NCBI GenBank assembly: GCA_011109175.1
Contig: RDEW01000038.1
Coordinates: forward strand, 491,155 to 555,154
DNA from: Dicyema japonicum
Taxonomy: Eukaryota; Animalia; Dicyemida
DNA: 64,000 nt
Direction of reading: 5' to 3'
Part shown: in pieces, positions 63,201 through 64,000 of the stretch
How the letters are laid out: each line of letters starts with the position of its first letter
Position numbering within the stretch: position 1 is the stretch's first letter
Notes under the pieces: generated by a model
The model's database searches: none
Told to the model about the DNA's origin: nothing
What the model saw: the letters and a program-made list of their open reading frames with translations, nothing else
Program-made: the position numbers and the translations under genes

Positions 63201-63699
63201 AAAAACTATTTGAAAAGTATTTCAATCGGAAATCCATAAAAACCTTAACTCTGATTGGATATTTTTCTTAGTGGCCAGAGGGGATGTGTTTGTTCTGTAA
63301 TTTAAGATTTGCATCATGACTTATTCCGAATGGATTACCCATATCCCTTTATTGTTCAATGCCGAGATCCACAGTCGTTACCACTTGACTTTGGATTTGA
63401 ATTAGAAATTAAATTCATCGTTATTCTATAGTAATTACATGTGAAGGCAACAAAGGCCCTCGTTATTCCAATGGTAATGGCATGTGAAGGCAACAAAGTA
63501 CCACAAGGGTATCTAAGAGAGTTAGGGGTAGATAGGAAGCTCCAAGCCTATTCACACTCCATTGTTCCTAGAATATTTTAAATTTGAGTATAGGAAGAGA
63601 TGCCATATAGGCAGAGGGCTCAATTAAACAATGCGCTATCGGAGCTGTTTCACCAACCAGAATCGAACCTGCTTAAAGAGGCTGGCGAGGAGGCTGGCA

Positions 63700-64000
63700 A
63701 TGAAGGTTGTTGATTGTTAAATATTAGCTTTTTTGGTTAAATATGGAAAGGTGAAGCTAAAGATAAACAAATTCTCAATCGTGTCCATCCTAATTTATAA
63801 TGACAAGATATGGGGCTTGCCAAAACAGGCTATGGAGAGTATTGACAGCTTTTACTGCATCATGCTCCGAAAGGCACTCTATAAGGTACACTAACGCAAA
63901 ATTATGTAACAGCGAATCACTCTCTTTGGAAATCCGACGATCGAGATGGAGACTGTTTGGTTATTTGAGGATGGACTTGGGTGTAATAGCAAATCGTATT
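63700..64000 (+). mobile_element. RTE C-terminal fragment (runs off window end)
   Basis: LCNSESLSLEIRRSRWRLFGYLRM parallels SRWRLFGHVLRL at 24819-25244. Confidence 0.6.

Noticed and set aside
63415-63500. Two-unit repeat of about 43 nt containing CATGTGAAGGCAACAAAG
   Set aside because: Local duplication inside decayed retroelement sequence. Too few units to be an array.

Overview
AT-rich animal (metazoan) nuclear scaffold with one N gap (38504-38762) and several single-N joins. Compact host-gene islands sit among heavily decayed transposons. Host genes recognised by motif: acetylcholinesterase with a probable GPI tail, IBTK, a Vav-family RhoGEF, mitochondrial Phe-tRNA synthetase (FARS2), CLASRP, two adhesion-GPCR paralogs, a small DMAC1-like membrane protein and tRNA-Leu(CAA). 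The ORF track looks fragmented because these genes are interrupted by GT-AG spliceosomal introns of about 21-29 nt, which I reconstructed by hand. That intron size plus a protostome-type AChE fits a dicyemid mesozoan best; this is an inference, and orthonectids or other reduced parasites are not excluded. Mobile elements: Jockey/I-like, RTE, R4-like and CRE-like non-LTR retrotransposons; hAT, pogo, Ginger-like and MULE-like DNA transposons; tRNA-headed SINE-like families; a possible Helitron-like unit. No CRISPR or prokaryotic signal. Most interesting: apparently length-guided 3' splice-site choice, many stop-free 3n micro-introns, a Vav lacking SH2 and one C1 zinc site, a mosaic adhesion-GPCR pair, and a surface cholinesterase. 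All gene models are manual and unverified by transcripts. TE boundaries are approximate, and homopolymer indel errors in the assembly are likely.
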